Assembly: GCA_951406725.2 (NCBI GenBank)
Contig: OX597820.1
Location: 4,774,001-4,838,000, forward strand
Source of the DNA: Octopus vulgaris
Taxonomy: Eukaryota
Length of the DNA: 64,000 nt
Direction: 5' to 3'
The translations under genes and the position numbers were made by a program. Below the pieces are notes generated by a model. That model saw nothing but the letters and a program-made list of their open reading frames with translations. It had not been told where the DNA came from and made no database searches. Positions 39,671 through 55,300 of this stretch are shown here, one piece after another; within the stretch, counting starts at the first letter, position 1, and every line of letters begins with the position of its first letter.

Positions 39671-39905
39671 TTATATATTATATATATATTATATATATAT
39701 ATATATATTTTTTTTTTATATATTATATATATATTATATATATATTATATATATATATTTTTTTTTTTATATATTATATATATATTATATATATATATTT
39801 TTTTTTTATATATTATATATATATTATATATATATATTTTTTTTTATATATTATATATATATATTTTTTTTTTATATATTATATATATATTATATATATA
39901 TATTT

Positions 39906-39948
<43 letters not shown>

Positions 39949-40103
39949 TTTATATATTATATATATATTATATATATATATATTTTTTTATATATTATAT
40001 ATATATATTTTTTTTTTATATATTATATATATATTATATATATATATTTTTTTTTATATATTATATATATATTATATATATATATTTTTTTTTATATATT
40101 ATA

Positions 40104-40168
<65 letters not shown>

Positions 40169-40169
40169 A

Positions 40170-40203
<34 letters not shown>

Positions 40204-40212
40204 TTTTTTATA

Positions 40213-40281
<69 letters not shown>

Positions 40282-40725
40282 TTATATATATATATATATA
40301 TTATATATATATATATTATATTATATATATTATATATATATTATATATATAAAAATAAATATTATATAAAATATATAAAATATAAATATATATATATATC
40401 TAGTGGCTCGATCTACATTTACATTGCTGATAATTCAGTTGACTGAACAACCGAATCCTCGTCGCCAAACGACGGAGATCCATCACCACCACCACCACCA
40501 CTGCCGCCATTTCATTAGCATATTGGCAACTTCGCTGATGAAGTCATAAAAAGTTTAAAACTTGTGATGAGTTAGAAAATGACTATTTTTAAATCTCACA
40601 ACGTGAGATATTCAGATAACAGTATTTTGGAGTAAAGATTGTTTGCCAACATGACATGGCAGTCCTCGTTTAGGAATAACGTTGCTGTAATTTAGCCCCA
40701 GGAGACTATAGGTCACGATCTGTGT

Positions 40726-40774
<49 letters not shown>

Positions 40775-40783
40775 TTTTATATA

Positions 40784-40815
<32 letters not shown>

Positions 40816-40959
40816 ATATATATATATATATATATATATTTTTTATATATATTATATATTATATATATTATATATTTATATTTTTTTAATATATTATATA
40901 TATATTATATATATATATTTTTTTTTATATATTATATATATATTATATATATATTTTTT

Positions 40960-41008
<49 letters not shown>

Positions 41009-41010
41009 TT
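39272..41010. repeat. Tandem duplication of a ~330-bp segment, each copy followed by a T-run-interrupted (TA)n
   Basis: tctagtggctcgatctacattt...gatctgtgtcctta at 39273-39597 and 40399-40730. Confidence 0.9.
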
Positions 41011-41300
41011 TCAAGCAAGGGCATTTAGCATCCCTACTCAGCTGGAAACAATATCTGTGTATCGCGATTTCCGAGTTATTTCCCCTCATTATTCTGTGCT
41101 AAGGAAGAGAAATAACCCGGAAATCGCGATACTCAGATATTGTTTTGAGCTGAGTGGAGCTGCTAGATTCCCTTGTTTGAAAATACAAGGACACAGATCG
41201 TGTCGTATAGCCAGCTGGAGACGATGTCTTCTGGTGCTAAATAACAGCAACATTCGTCCTAAACCAGGACTGCCTTGTTATGTTGACAAACAATCTTTAC
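40625..41300. mobile_element. Foldback (palindromic) element centred at ~41095, left arm split by (TA)n
   Basis: 41011-41085 pairs with 41100-41180, and 40625-40729 is the inverse of 41186-41300. Related arm fragments at 19425-19490 and 20270-20375. Confidence 0.75.
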
Positions 41301-41317
41301 TACATTGTCTTGAGTTG

Positions 41318-41320
<3 letters not shown>

Positions 41321-41349
<29 letters not shown>

Positions 41350-41427
41350 CATACATACATACATACATACATACATACATACATACATACATACATACAT
41401 ACATACATACATACATACATACATACA

Positions 41428-41456
<29 letters not shown>
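41321..41456. repeat. (ACAT)n microsatellite
   Basis: Direct reading. Confidence 0.95.
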
Positions 41457-41458
<2 letters not shown>

Positions 41459-41989
41459 TGGTGTAGCGATCTAATCCGATTAATTGCAGTTTGCTAAAGA
41501 CACTCCACCATGAGCCACAAGAAACCTTCCACCTTTAGAATAGAAATGGTCCTTCCAGCTTTCGACCCACAAATCTCTGCGACTCGGCCGTCGTAGAAGA
41601 CATTTCTTTTAAGTTGCTACGTAGTGAGGTCGAACCCGAAACCACAGGGTTTTGAGGCGAGCGCTTTAACGATACTGTCACATTGCCTGCCTGCGTCACG
41701 GTTCGCAGGAATCATGAACATCACAATTTTACCCGCCTTCCTTTGAACTTTTCAATCTGTTAACTGGTCCCTATAAACTCACACCTCCCCCCAAACGGTC
41801 ATCTTTGTCTCCGTCACCTCCCCACTCCGCCCATACTCCTGGTTACTCCTCTCGGTAAAAAAAAAAATCAAAGCAACCCCCCCATCCCCGAATTCAGTAT
41901 AAACAAAGTAATATTCAATAATAAGCAGAAGGGGCCGGTGGGGATTGTTGTTACTTTGGTCGGATGAGATAAGATAGAAGAGGAGGTGA

Positions 41990-42057
<68 letters not shown>

Positions 42058-42611
42058 TAGGGCTCTGTGATCAAGTTCAGTCTTAAGTGATTTCATCTTT
42101 TGAAACCGTTCAAAGCACGAAAAATTATTCCATTCCTTTTGTTTCAGTCTTTTCCCCTTTCCACCCCGCCTCCCCACCCGCTCCGCCACTAGTTTCTATT
42201 CAACAAGTTGGTCCATTGTATCAACGGCGATTTTATTTGATTTGCATGGAAACTGGGCGTGGTTGTCAACCGTGTAAACGAAGCACAATAGCAAATCTCG
42301 GTTCTCTCAGAAGGCCTTTCTCTGTTTATTGCGGAGAGGAGCTTTACTCAGTTTATAGTCGCTGTGAAACGACTATTCCAATTAAAGGCCTTTAGAGATT
42401 CTATGCTCATACAGAGCATGATCAAAACCATTCCGACCATGGTCATCCTGTCCTTGGTCAAAGTATACCCAGGACTCCATTTTCTAATGTGTTCATTCTT
42501 ATTGCTGTGTGGAAAAGCAGTTCTCTGCGCAACTAATTGATTTTGGCGTCAATTCCACCGAGCATCACTTTGATAAGATATCGGTCAGACGGAAACTGAA
42601 AGAAACCTGTC

Positions 42612-42650
<39 letters not shown>

Positions 42651-43149
42651 AATGTTTATCCTTCCCGCCACTTGACAACCGGCGCTTGTGTGTTTACATC
42701 CCCGTAATCCAGTGGTACAATAAAAGACACCGATAAAATGAGCACCAAACTTTAACAAAAAAAAAAAACGTTAAGTACTGGGGTCGATTCGTTCGACTAA
42801 AATGCTTCAAGGCGGTGCTCCAGCATGGCCACAACCCAACGATTGAAAAAAAAAATAAAGATAGATGAGTGACTGGGGGGGGGTCATTGAACTCCCTAAA
42901 ACGGTGAAATGAAAGAGTGAATGATAACAGTTGTGATTTCATTCTGCTTCTTTCGAGCAAAGTCGAATTCTGGTCTTAAGATCGTAACAAGGTTCCCATC
43001 CTTACAGCTTTGAATGAATGCCTATTATGCTTCTAATATCCTTGGGAAAGGAATGATTGCTACCACTTCACGTGTAGACATGTGCATCTAAATTTAACTC
43101 TAGAGTAGTGAGCTCTACACAGTTCATTGTAGAAGGGTGTATAAGTGGT

Positions 43150-43472
43150 ACTCCGTCGGTTACGACCACGAGTATTTCAGTTGATTCGATGAACGCAGCA
43201 GCCTGCTCGTGAAATTAAGGAGCAAATGGCTGAGCCCTTCACAGACATGGTGTATCCTGAAATTAGTTCTGAGGGAGATTTAGCGTGACACAGAAAGTGA
43301 CAAAACGGGCCCATTTGCATTAGGGGTACAATTCCCTTTTCAAGCTGAATGAACCGAAGCAACGTGAAATGTAGCGTTTTGCTTCTGGACGCAACCGCGC
43401 TGCTGGGTTTCGAACTCACGACATTGTCACTGTGAACCAAATATCCTAACTACTAAGCCACACACCTTCACA
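43150..43472 (-). mobile_element. SINE related to family C, diverged
   Basis: Minus head gtgaaggtgtgtggcttagtagttagg...gagttcgaaacc; shares the atttcacgttgct motif. Confidence 0.65.
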
Positions 43473-43915
43473 TAAAGATATATTAAGTGTTCAGTGACCA
43501 AAGGAAACTGAAACGAATCTTTTATTCATTTGAACAACAGACGAGATTCACATGAAAACATCCATGGTAGTCAATACTGGAATCGCATCACTTTTGTTGT
43601 TGCTGTTGTTTCGTCATAAATTTATGGGCGAGCAAGATTATCAAAGACATTTCAACCGTGACCATCCACAATATTATCTGATTTGTTGTTGTTGCTAGTG
43701 GTGTTGCTGCCTGACGCCACTTAGTCACGGGCTAAACAACAACACATCGGTAAGATGTAATCTGAGGGAGATTTGGCTGCTTTTACTAGCAGTTTCAGTG
43801 ATTGTATAAGGAGTAGTCAGTGTCTACCGGGGATCGTCAGTGTAGGAAGGACATTCGCACAGTACCCAATATCAGATTACATTTTATGCCAATAGATTTA
43901 CATATATATGGCATC

Positions 43916-43972
<57 letters not shown>

Positions 43973-44277
43973 CTCCCGTTGATATATCTGCATAATAAGA
44001 TCCTAGAAATATCTCTAAATACATACATAACAGATAACATTTTGTTGTGGAAGAATTCTGACCATCACTCAAGTGAGTAAAAGGTAGAGTGACTCACTGT
44101 TATTAATTAAAGAACTGTGAGCGATTGACAGTTCGTGTTGGTAGCAGTTCACTGTGAGCCTTTGGCATAGAACGTTGAGTCTCGTGTAATAGTAGTGCAA
44201 CGTTATATTATATATCCAATGCAAGGATATAGAACATTTCTACATATATACACAACCAATGATATATATATATATTG

Positions 44278-44680
44278 GACTCGCGGTTGTAGGATCGCGG
44301 TTTCGATTCCCAGACCGGGCGTTGTGAGTGTTTATTGAGCGAAAACACCCAAAGCTCCACGAGTCTCCGGCAAAGGGTGGTGGCGATCCCTGCTGTACTC
44401 TTTCGCCACAACTTGTGAGTGGATTTGGTAGACGGACACTGAAAGAAGCCCGTCGTATATATTTATGTGTGTGTGCGTTTATGTGTTTGTGTTTGTCCCC
44501 CCAACATCGCTTGACAACCGATGCTGTTGTGTTTACGTCTCGTAACTTAGCGGTTCGGCAAAAGAGAACGATAGAATAAGTACTCGGCTTATAAAGAATA
44601 AGTCCTGGGGTCTATTTGCTCGACTAAAGGCGATGCTTCAGCATGGCCGCAGTCAAATAACTGAAACAAGTAAACGAGAA
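44278..44680 (+). mobile_element. SINE with a different tRNA head joined to the family B 3' half
   Basis: ggtttcgattcccagaccgggcgttgtgagtgtttattgagcgaaaacac followed by ttgtgagtggatttggtagacgg...gcatggccgcagtc. Confidence 0.7.
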
Positions 44681-44692
44681 ACGAGAACGCGA

Positions 44693-44723
<31 letters not shown>

Positions 44724-44822
44724 AGGTTAATCCAAACGGGAAAACAGAAAAAACGACAACACGTGGAACAATTACAGTATTATTATTATTAGGCGCTCAG
44801 GAAAATGGAAGAAGGAGGGTAT

Positions 44823-44849
44823 GACGTTTCGAGCGGAGCTCTTCGTCGG
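44823..44849 (-). ncRNA. Minimal hammerhead variant (short PLE-type family)
   Basis: Minus strand CCGACGA-A-GAGC-UCC-GCUC-GAAAC-GUC: GUC site, U4C change in the core. Confidence 0.5.
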
Positions 44850-45041
44850 AAACATAGGAGAAAGAAAGATCCCGAGACGGGAGGACAGAGGAAAAAAAAT
44901 TGCAGGTAGTCTTCACGAGGTCACATACTGAAAAGACGGAAGTTGTAAAAAAGGAGGAAAATGTTTTTTAAAAACAGGAGAGCTGAATCAAAGAGGGAAT
45001 GGTAAAAAAGGTGTGCGAGAAAACGAGGGTGTGTGTATGTG

Positions 45042-45097
<56 letters not shown>

Positions 45098-45739
45098 GTG
45101 GACAGTGGCTAGTAGCAGGCAGTAGTAGAGTTAAAGGAGTGTGTGGGGGTACCCTAGCAAGTGAGAAAGGCAGGTCAGAAACAGGGAGGTATGTGTGTGT
45201 GCGTGTGTATGTATGTGTGTGTATGTGTGTGTGAGGCGAGATAAAAAAAACAAAAAATATGTATATGTTAGTGCGTGCAGGGCGAACAGATGACAAGCAA
45301 GTCTCGAGTGAGTGGTCAGTAGTAAAAAATGGGAGGAAGGAGGGAAGAAGGGAAGGAGGGAAAGGGTGGGGACGTATGTAACGTGCCAGTGTGTGTGTAG
45401 AGTGGTAGTGTGTCCAGTGTGCGTAGTTGTGTGTATAGCAAGTAAATTTGAAGTGTGTGTAAGTGTAATGTATATATATATGCAAATGTGTGTGTGTGAG
45501 TGGGTGTGTGTATGTGTGTGCGTGTGTGTACAAAGAGGGGGGGGGGGTTAAGGGAAAAAAAACTGCAGCGGAGGCGGGGGGGAAGGGGAAGATGGAAGAG
45601 TGGTCCCGCGGCGACAGGCGTGGGCGCCGGCCCCAGATACGTACAGGAGATCTAGTCGGTCAAACCACGAGCGTGGTGCATGCATGCGCGTATGCGTGCG
45701 CGAACGTGCACAAGCGTGTATGTGCGCGCGCCTGCGAGT

Positions 45740-47125
45740 GTGTCCGATGAATGTATGTAAGTATGTGTGTGTATATGTGTGTATATAGATGTATGTCCGT
45801 GTGTGTGTGTGTGTGTGTATGTGTATGAGTGTGTATGTATGTACGTGTGTGTGTGTGGAAGTGTGTGTAGGTGCATGTGTATGCGCGTACATGCAGGTGT
45901 GTGAGTGAGTGTGTGTGTGTGTATGTATGTGTGAGTGTGTATGTGTGTGTGTAGGATGCATGTGTGTGTATGGGTGTATGTATGTGTACGTGCGTGTGTG
46001 TGTGTGTATGCATGTATGCATGTATGCGTATGCATGTGCGTATGTGTGTGTGTGTATGTGTGTGTGCATGTGTGTAGGTATATATGTATGTGCGTATATG
46101 TGTGTGTATGTGCGTACATGTGTGTGTGTGTATGCATATATGTGTATGTAGGTGTGTAGGCGTGTGTGTATAGGTGTATGTATGTAAGTATGTATGGGTG
46201 TGTCCGTGTGTGTGTGTGTATGCATGTGTGTGTATGTGGGTGTGTGGGCGTATGTGTATAGGTGTATGCATGTATGTATGTATGGGTGTGTCCGTGTGTG
46301 TGTGTATGCATGTGTATGTAGGTGTGTGTGTACGTGTGTAATATATGTATGTATGCGTGTGTGTGCGTGTGTATGCGTGTGTGTGCGTATGTATGTGTGT
46401 GGGAGTGTAGGTGTGTGTGCGTGTATGTGTGCGTGTGCGTGTATATGTTGGTATGTGTGTATGTGAGTGTGAGTGTATGGGTGTTAGTCATGCATGTGTG
46501 TGCGCGTGCAGGCGAGTGTGTGTGTAAGTATGTGTGTGTGTATGTATGTGTGAGTGTGTATGTGTGTATGTGTGTATGTATGTGCGTATAGGAGTATGTA
46601 AGTATGTGTATGTGTATGTGTGTGGGTGTATGTATGTATGTGTGTGTGTGCATGTGTGTAAGTATATGCGTGTGTGCGTATGTATGTGTATGTGTGTGTG
46701 TTTATGTATGTGTGTATGTATGTGTGTAGGCGTGTGTGTATAGGTGTATGTATGTATGAGTGTGTGTCTGTGAGTGTTTGTGTGTGTGTGTAGGTATGTG
46801 TGTATGTATGAGTGAAGGTATGGCTGTGTAGATGTGTGTGTGTATGAATGTAAGTGTGTGTGTGTACAAGTGTAATGTATGTATGTAGGTGTGTGTGTGC
46901 GTGTGTGCGTGTGCGTGTGTATGTGTGTGTGTGTGTGTGTATGCGTGTGAGTGTGAGTGTATGGGTGTATGTGTATGTCTGAAGTAGGTATGTGTGTGTA
47001 TGTATGTATGTATGTGTGTGTGCGTGTATGTGTATGTGTGTGTGTAAGTGTGTGTGTGAGTAGGTGTGCGTGTATGTATGTGGGTAGGGATGCATGCGTG
47101 TGTGTGGGTATGTATGTATACATAC
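45740..47125. repeat. 1.4-kb compound (TG/TATG/TGCG)n low-complexity tract
   Basis: Direct reading; source of the His/Thr/Tyr ORF artefacts. Confidence 0.95.
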
Positions 47126-47204
47126 GCACGCACACACCCGAAGCACGCCCACACACACGAAGCACGCTCACACACGCAACACACAAACAATACAACGCAA
47201 GCCC

Positions 47205-48029
<825 letters not shown>

Positions 48030-48478
48030 ACACTATATAGCCAATGTGATGTGCATGCGTGTGTGTATGTCTATATTGTATGTGTATAAACCAATTAGAC
48101 ATGGACAGTCAATCCAGAATCATTTTGAATCTACAAGTTTTATGGTTCAGAAAAACAGCAGAATTTTATGCAAGCAAAAGTGTAAAGAAAAGAAACTTGG
48201 CGATTTCCTTTGAGTCATTGCAAATGGACGGTTGAAAAAGGCACATGTTTGAAAAGTGTGAGGTAATGAAAGACAGAAAACGTGGATAATGGCTATTGTT
48301 TGCAGCGAGGCCCATTACAGAACAATATCTCGTATATATTTAGAATAGAATCTAATGAAGATAAAACAGGGTAAATTGTTAATCTGCAAGCTATGGGAAA
48401 AACAAAGTTTGGAGAAGAAACGTGACAAATATTAATTGTCTTGGCTATTGTCAGGGAAAACCGGTTAGAAAGGAGCAC

Positions 48479-48519
<41 letters not shown>

Positions 48520-49231
48520 TTATGTAAGGAGCATTAATAATAAGATTAATTTTCTGAACTGGCTTCGTTAACTCGTTCAGTTCTAATACAGGAAATTATC
48601 GTGCAAACTGTCTCCAATTTAAACCTGAAGTTGTAAATGCTTTTCAGATAAAATTTCTCGGGGCGAAGTCGTGGTTGTATCAACTCGTTTTAAATGAAGT
48701 CGCTTGAAATGTTTAAATATTTTGTACTTAATTCTGTTAAAGGTTAATTTGAATTGAAATTAATGTATTTCAATTAATGTGAGTTGACATTTTGGAAATA
48801 AATAATTTATTCTGCAAAGACAGGGGAGTGTTTCTCTGTCTGGTAGCTATGGTAACAACAAAAGTCGGGTACTAGACACGTTAGAGGAGATGTTGGAGTC
48901 TACCCCTCCCCCAACGTTTCCAAGTACCCCCTTGAAGTGTAAGATGACAGCCAAAAGGGAAGTGTTGCCCTGCAGTTTGGCATGTCAGAGTGTCGAGTCA
49001 GAGTGGAGATTAAATAGGGCCACTCGAAATATAGGGTTTTAGGTCGGCACTAAGAAACGGGAGAGAGACATACGGCGGCTCTGATGTTTCAACTCAACCA
49101 TTGTTTCAACGGTTTCGGTTCTCCGAGCACAGAAACTATACAATGATAAGTCGAGGTTTGCCCGTCATATGACGGGAAACTTTCAAAGTATAATTTCGCT
49201 ACGACAGCTAATATCAAATAATAAGGCATGC

Positions 49232-49291
<60 letters not shown>

Positions 49292-49423
49292 TAATAATAA
49301 CAATAATAATCCTTTCTGTTTTAGGCAGAAGGCCTGAAATTTGTGGGGAGGGATACAGTGGATTACATCGACCCCAGTGCTCAGTTGTTACTTATAATGA
49401 TGATGATAATAATAATAATAATA

Positions 49424-51868
49424 ATGGAAGGAAACGGTCGGAGCCTCATGGGCTGATTAATAATGATACATCTAGTGATGGTGTCACAATAAAAGACACT
49501 GGTAATTGCGCAACCTGATAATCGCTACTTCATATGAGTGACAATGAAGAAACAAAATATTGTGAATAACGGTGGTAATGAAACTGAAGCCAATGATTGT
49601 GACAGTGTCACACCCGGCAGGCTCAGAGATTCTGGTCCAGCTCCAGCCCGCCCATATCCATAAAGGGACTACCACACACGGCGTAGATGGAGCAAGCAAA
49701 TTAATGCTGTGGTCATTGAGTGTTACTCCCTGAGCAGCTCGGTAGATGAAAATGGTGCTCAAATTCGGGGGTTACCGACTACGTATGTTATGATCATTGG
49801 AGAGAAAAGGGATTGTTTCAACTCACGGAACAGAGACTATATGATCAAAACAAGCAGAACTAGTCATTTCAGTTTGTGAAGTGAAGGAAATCAGCAAAAA
49901 AATGAGCAACTGGAAGGCCCCGGGACCAGATGGAGTTCAAGGCTTGGATCAAAAGATTTGGTGAATGTCATGCACGAATAGCTGCGCAACTGAACACCTT
50001 GTTAAATGCCGACCAAGTAATACCAGAGTGGTTGACATTGGGAAGGACAGTGCTGTGCCTGAAAAACATCGAAAAAGGCAATACGGTAGACAAACGGTAG
50101 ACAATTACAGGCCGATATCCTGTTTGCCATTTATGTGGAAGTTATTGACTGGAATACTCGCAGAGTCAATATACGAACATCTGGAAAAAATGGAGTCCTG
50201 CCACATGAGCAGAAGGGTTGCAAGCGTAAGTGCAGAGGTACCAAGGATCAACTCCTGGTAGACAAAACTGTACTTAGAGACTGCAAGAGGAGGACAAGTA
50301 ACTTAGCCATGTTATGGATCGACCATCGTAAGGTGTACGATATGATCCCACATTCTTGGATTATGGAGTGCATGAACCTATTTGGTATTGCATGGAATGT
50401 TGAGCGATTGCTTGGAAAAAGTATGGCGAACTGGAGGACGGACCTGACAGTATACGGAAGAAGTTTAGGGACAGTAGAAATTAGGAGGGGTATCTTCCAA
50501 GGGGACTGCCTCTCCCCACTGATCTTTCTACTGTGCTTGATACCACTGACACTGGTTCTGAGGAAAGCAAAAGCTGGGTATGTATTCAAAAGCCGTTAAC
50601 AAAAAGTCAACCATTTGTTATTCATGGACGACCTCAAACTTTATGGTAAAGATGAAGCCCAAGTCAGTTCCTTCGTTAATACGGTTTATACCTTCAGTGC
50701 TGATGTCGGAATGGAGTTTGGACTGAGAAAAATGTGGTGTGTTAGTCTTGAAGAGAGGTAAAATCAAATGTATGGACGGACTAACGATACCGTCGGTGGA
50801 GGTTATGAAGCATATAGAAGAGACGGGCTATAAGTACTTGGGGATTTTGGAAATAGATAAATTGATGGAGAAAGAAATGATAGAAAAAATTAACGTGGAG
50901 TACTTACGCAGACTAAGACTGATCCTTAAGTCGAAATTAAATGGACGGAATAAGATCGAATCTATCAACACTTGGGCAGTTTCACTCCTTAGATATGGAG
51001 CAGGGGTAATCGCATGGACAGTAGACGAACTAAACAGCTTTGACAGAAAGACAGGGAAGTTGCTAACTAGATATGGGTCACTCCACCCAGAGTGACACAG
51101 ACAGACTGTATGTACCAAGAAAAAGAAGGGGAAGAGGACTTATTGGATGCGAACACAGCATTAGAGCAGAAGAAAACAACATAGCATGGTATGTAAAAAA
51201 TGCCACAGAACCGCTATTATTAGAAGTAGGAAGGTCAGGCTTGTGTAGGATGAAAGACTGCAAAGATAAAGCACTATACAAGAAATTGAAAACGAATGAA
51301 ACTGAAAATAGGTGGGTAAAGAAAAGAATGCATGGTCAGTTTCATTGGGATGTTGAAGATTAGACAGAGAAAAAAGATGGCTGTGGATGACTAAAAGTGA
51401 TTTAAAACCGGAAACGGAGGCTCTAATCTGTGCTGCCCAAGAGCAATCACTAAGAACAAACTATATAAAATACAGAATAGACAGCACATCAGAAAGTGAT
51501 AAGTGCAGAATCTGTGGACAAAACGGTGAAACCGTATGGCATATTACCAGCCAATGTACGCCATTAGCCCAGAAGGAATATAAGAGACGCCACGACAATA
51601 TAGCCAGACTTGTCCATTGGACACTTTGCAACAAGTATGGACTTGACAGAGGAAAAAATTGGTACGGCCACAAACCAGAAGGCAGCACCGAAAATACAAA
51701 TGCAAAGATCCCATGGGATTTTATGATTCAGTGAGACCATGAGATTGAGAATAGGAAGCCAGACATAGTCTTAATTGAGAAAGAAAGCAAATGATGCTGG
51801 ATCATAGATATAGCATGCCCAGCTGACAATAAGGAAGAAAGAAAAGTCGAGAGATATGAAAATTGGTC
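49424..51868 (+). pseudogene. R4/Dong-clade non-LTR retrotransposon (RT, CCHC, RLE), degenerate and internally deleted
   Basis: [29 protein letters not shown]...[21 protein letters not shown] (50621), RLYVPR..GRGL, CRIC...ETVWHITSQC...YKRRHD, KPDIV, IDIACP; begins right after (TAA)n, the Dong-type target. Confidence 0.92.
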
Positions 51869-52361
51869 CCTAATGTAAATCAGATCAGGATACCGAAATA
51901 TAGGTGCCGTGAGGCACGTTGTCGCAGAAAAACAAGTGTGTAATAATATAAACAACATGCGGTGATGCGACTTGCCTGTAGATGAATTGAAGCAATATGC
52001 GAGAATGCGATGTCGCTTGAGAAAAACACTGAATACAAATAATAATCGTATATCCAATCTCATCTCTACACAAATACACATAAATGTAATGTTTATATAA
52101 TTCACACATGCACCCGGATATAAACAAGCCAACGTAGAGCAAACAGTGTTTAAACAAATTAAAAGAGACACATAATAACAATAAATATAAATTGTAACGG
52201 GTTTCATTTTAAATAGAGAAAACAAAGACAAAAAAAAAAACCCAGCTATGCTCGGAAATAAAACTTCGAAAACGAATCAAGGCCAGTTTCTATTTATGAG
52301 CTTGAGGCGCTTAAGGCACGAAAACTAAAATAGCAAACAACAAGAGACGGTGACCGGTAAA

Positions 52362-55300
52362 GTTACCTCTGAACAGGAAGGTCCCTCTACTAATGTCGCT
52401 ACCCAAGCGGAAAACAAAACCAAAAGAGAACGGTGGGAAGATGACGACAGTAACTGGAGCAAAGATAGCATCTCAAGACGGTTACAATACCAGTGATTGT
52501 GGGAGCACTTGAAATGAGCAGTGAAGGAACTAAAAATTAGTTGAGAATCATCCCTGGGTTGCCATTCATGCAGGGATCGCAAAAGACAGTATTAAGTGTT
52601 AACTGCAAACGTAAACAGACTGTATATGAAAGAATGGTGGCAGAGGACTGATTAGTAGAGACCATTGTATAAGGAGTGAAAGGAGAATGCTTTATAAATA
52701 GTGGCGAAGATCTGCAATATACCGGGTCCCATATTATTATATTTTTAAATGCTAAAGGTAGAACGATGGTGATAACGATAATCACTGGGGTTATGGAGGC
52801 GACTCAGTGCAAGCACGTTATTTATATATGTGTGTATGTAGATACATGTACACGTGTATATACAAATAAAGAGAGGAAGAGAGAGACGGGGTCTCAATAA
52901 CAACTCTCGTGGGAACCCCACGAACGACTCGTGAAATCATGATGCAACACAATAATGAAAGAATTAACGGCGAGAACAGAGCTATAGTGAAGGTTTCCCT
53001 TCGGGCACGTCCGAAACCGCCCGAATCAGGAGCTGTGATCTGGACGCGGACGCTCGTTTATGTCACAACAGATCACATTCTTCACGGTGTGCCCCGAAAC
53101 AGACGTAAGTGAACGAAGGAAGGGTACGATACACTTATTGAATGTAATGAAAGAGCAAAGCTGGAAAGAAGTCGCAGAGTAGGCCGAAGTACCTTGAAAT
53201 TTTGGAGGGAAAAGGACCTGTGTCCAATGTCAGAAAAGAAACTAATGAACCAAGTGAGAATGATTAGGAGGAAGGGTTACTTAACTGGAGTTGAAATATA
53301 TCGGGTTAGTGAGAGTTTGAGAGATCCTGCCGATGGGCCACAAAGGATGGTCGGAGTTGAAAACAGAGAGTTAGGAGTTGAAAGCATAGAGAAGAGTAGA
53401 CAGGAGGAAGAGGGAAATGGTGATGGGGCTGTTAAGGATGAGGAACAGGAACATTATACAGTGAACCCCGATACTGTGGTGGGTGGACATGCAGGGGAAA
53501 TGATCCAACGAGATAATGAATGCTTGAAATTCAAAGATGTCTTGATGAATGCTCCAGAAGAAAATATCGCCATGAATACGAGAAGGGTAGATAAGAGTAT
53601 GATAAATAAAGTAGCACAAAAGATAAATGCTGACACCCAGACGGAGGACATAACACAAACAAGGAATCTTCCCCGAGCCATTGTGTTACTTGTTGGGGAG
53701 AAATTGCAGCTTAAGAGAAAAAGAAATGGCGGAGAAAAAGAACCATGGTGGGGCAACGACGCGTTGAAACGGATATAACGCGGACAAAGCAAGATCTAGG
53801 AAAAATTGAGCAATGGTTAAGAGGAAACGGGGGAAATGGGTAAAAGACCGACCGAGAAAAATACGGAAAAATGGGTTTGATGCAGTAATAGAGCAGTTAA
53901 AATAGAGGATCATGGCAAAAAGCCAAAAGATCAGAAGATTTGTGAACAGAAATAAGCAGTTCGAGGAGAACAGTTTGTTCAAAACACAACCCGAAGAAAT
54001 TCTTCCGAATGTTGAAAGAAGACAATGGGGAAAAATGTTGCTCCTGATGCAAATCAAGCCAAGGAGTTCTGGAGCGGATTATGGGGAGACAATGTGGTGC
54101 ATAAAAAGGATGCAATGTGGAAAGCCACAATCAGGGTAGAATTACAAGGAGGAAAGAAACAAAGGAATAGTGTCATAAGCACGGGTGATGTGAAAGAACA
54201 AGTGGGTAAAGTGCCTAACTGGAAAGCCCCCGGACCAGATGGTATTCATGGCTTTTAGAGGAAGAGATTCCACGCAGTGCATGAAAGACTAGCAGCTCAA
54301 CTGAAAGAGTGTGTTACCTCTGAACAGGAAGGTCCCTCTACTAATGTCGCTACTCAAGCGGAAAACAAAGCCAAAAGAGAACGGTGGATAGATGACGAGA
54401 GTAAGTGGAGCAAAGCTAGCATCTCAAGACGGTTACAATACCAATGATTGTGGGAGCACTTGAAATGAGCAGTGAAGGAACTCAAAATTAGTTGAGAATC
54501 ATCCCGGGGTTGCTATTCATGCAGGGATCGCAAAAGACAGTATTAAGTGTTAACTGCAAACGTAAACAGACTGTATATGAAAGAATGGTGGCAAAGGACT
54601 GATTAGTAGAGACCATTGTATAAGGAGTGGAAGGAGAACGCTTGCCGATAAATAGTGGCGAAGATCTGCAATATACCGGGCCCCATATTATTATATTTTT
54701 AAATGCTACAGTTAGAACGATGGTGGTAACGATAATCACTGGGGTTATGGAGGCGACTCAGTGCAAGTACGTTATTTATATATGTGTGTATGTAGATACG
54801 TGTGCACGTGTATACACAAATAAAGAGAGGAAGAGAGAGACGGGGTCTCAATAACAACTCTCGTGGGAACCCCACGAACGACTCGTGAAATCATGATGCA
54901 ACACAATAATGAAAGAATTAACGGCGAGAATAGAGCTATAGTGAAGGTTTCCCTTCGGGCACGTCCGAAAACGCCCGAATCAGGTGCTGTGATCTGGACG
55001 CGGACGCTCGTTTATGTCACAACAGATCACATTCTTCACGGTGTGCCCCGAAACAGACGTAAGTGAACGAAGGAAGGGTACGATACACTTATTGAATGTA
55101 ATGAAAGAGCAAAGCTGGAAAGAAGTCGCAGAGTAGGCCGAAGTACCTTGAAATTTTGGAGGGAAAAGGACCTGTGTCCAATGTCAGAAAAGAAACTAAT
55201 GAACCAAGTGAGAATGATTAGGAGGAAGGGTTACTTAACTGGAGTTGAAATATATCGGGTTAGTGAGAGTTTGAGAGATCCTGCCGATGGGCCACAAAGG

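Noticed and set aside
48843-48856. RFX X-box match gtagctatggtaac
   Set aside because: Degenerate motif that could arise by chance in 64 kb; no linked gene seen
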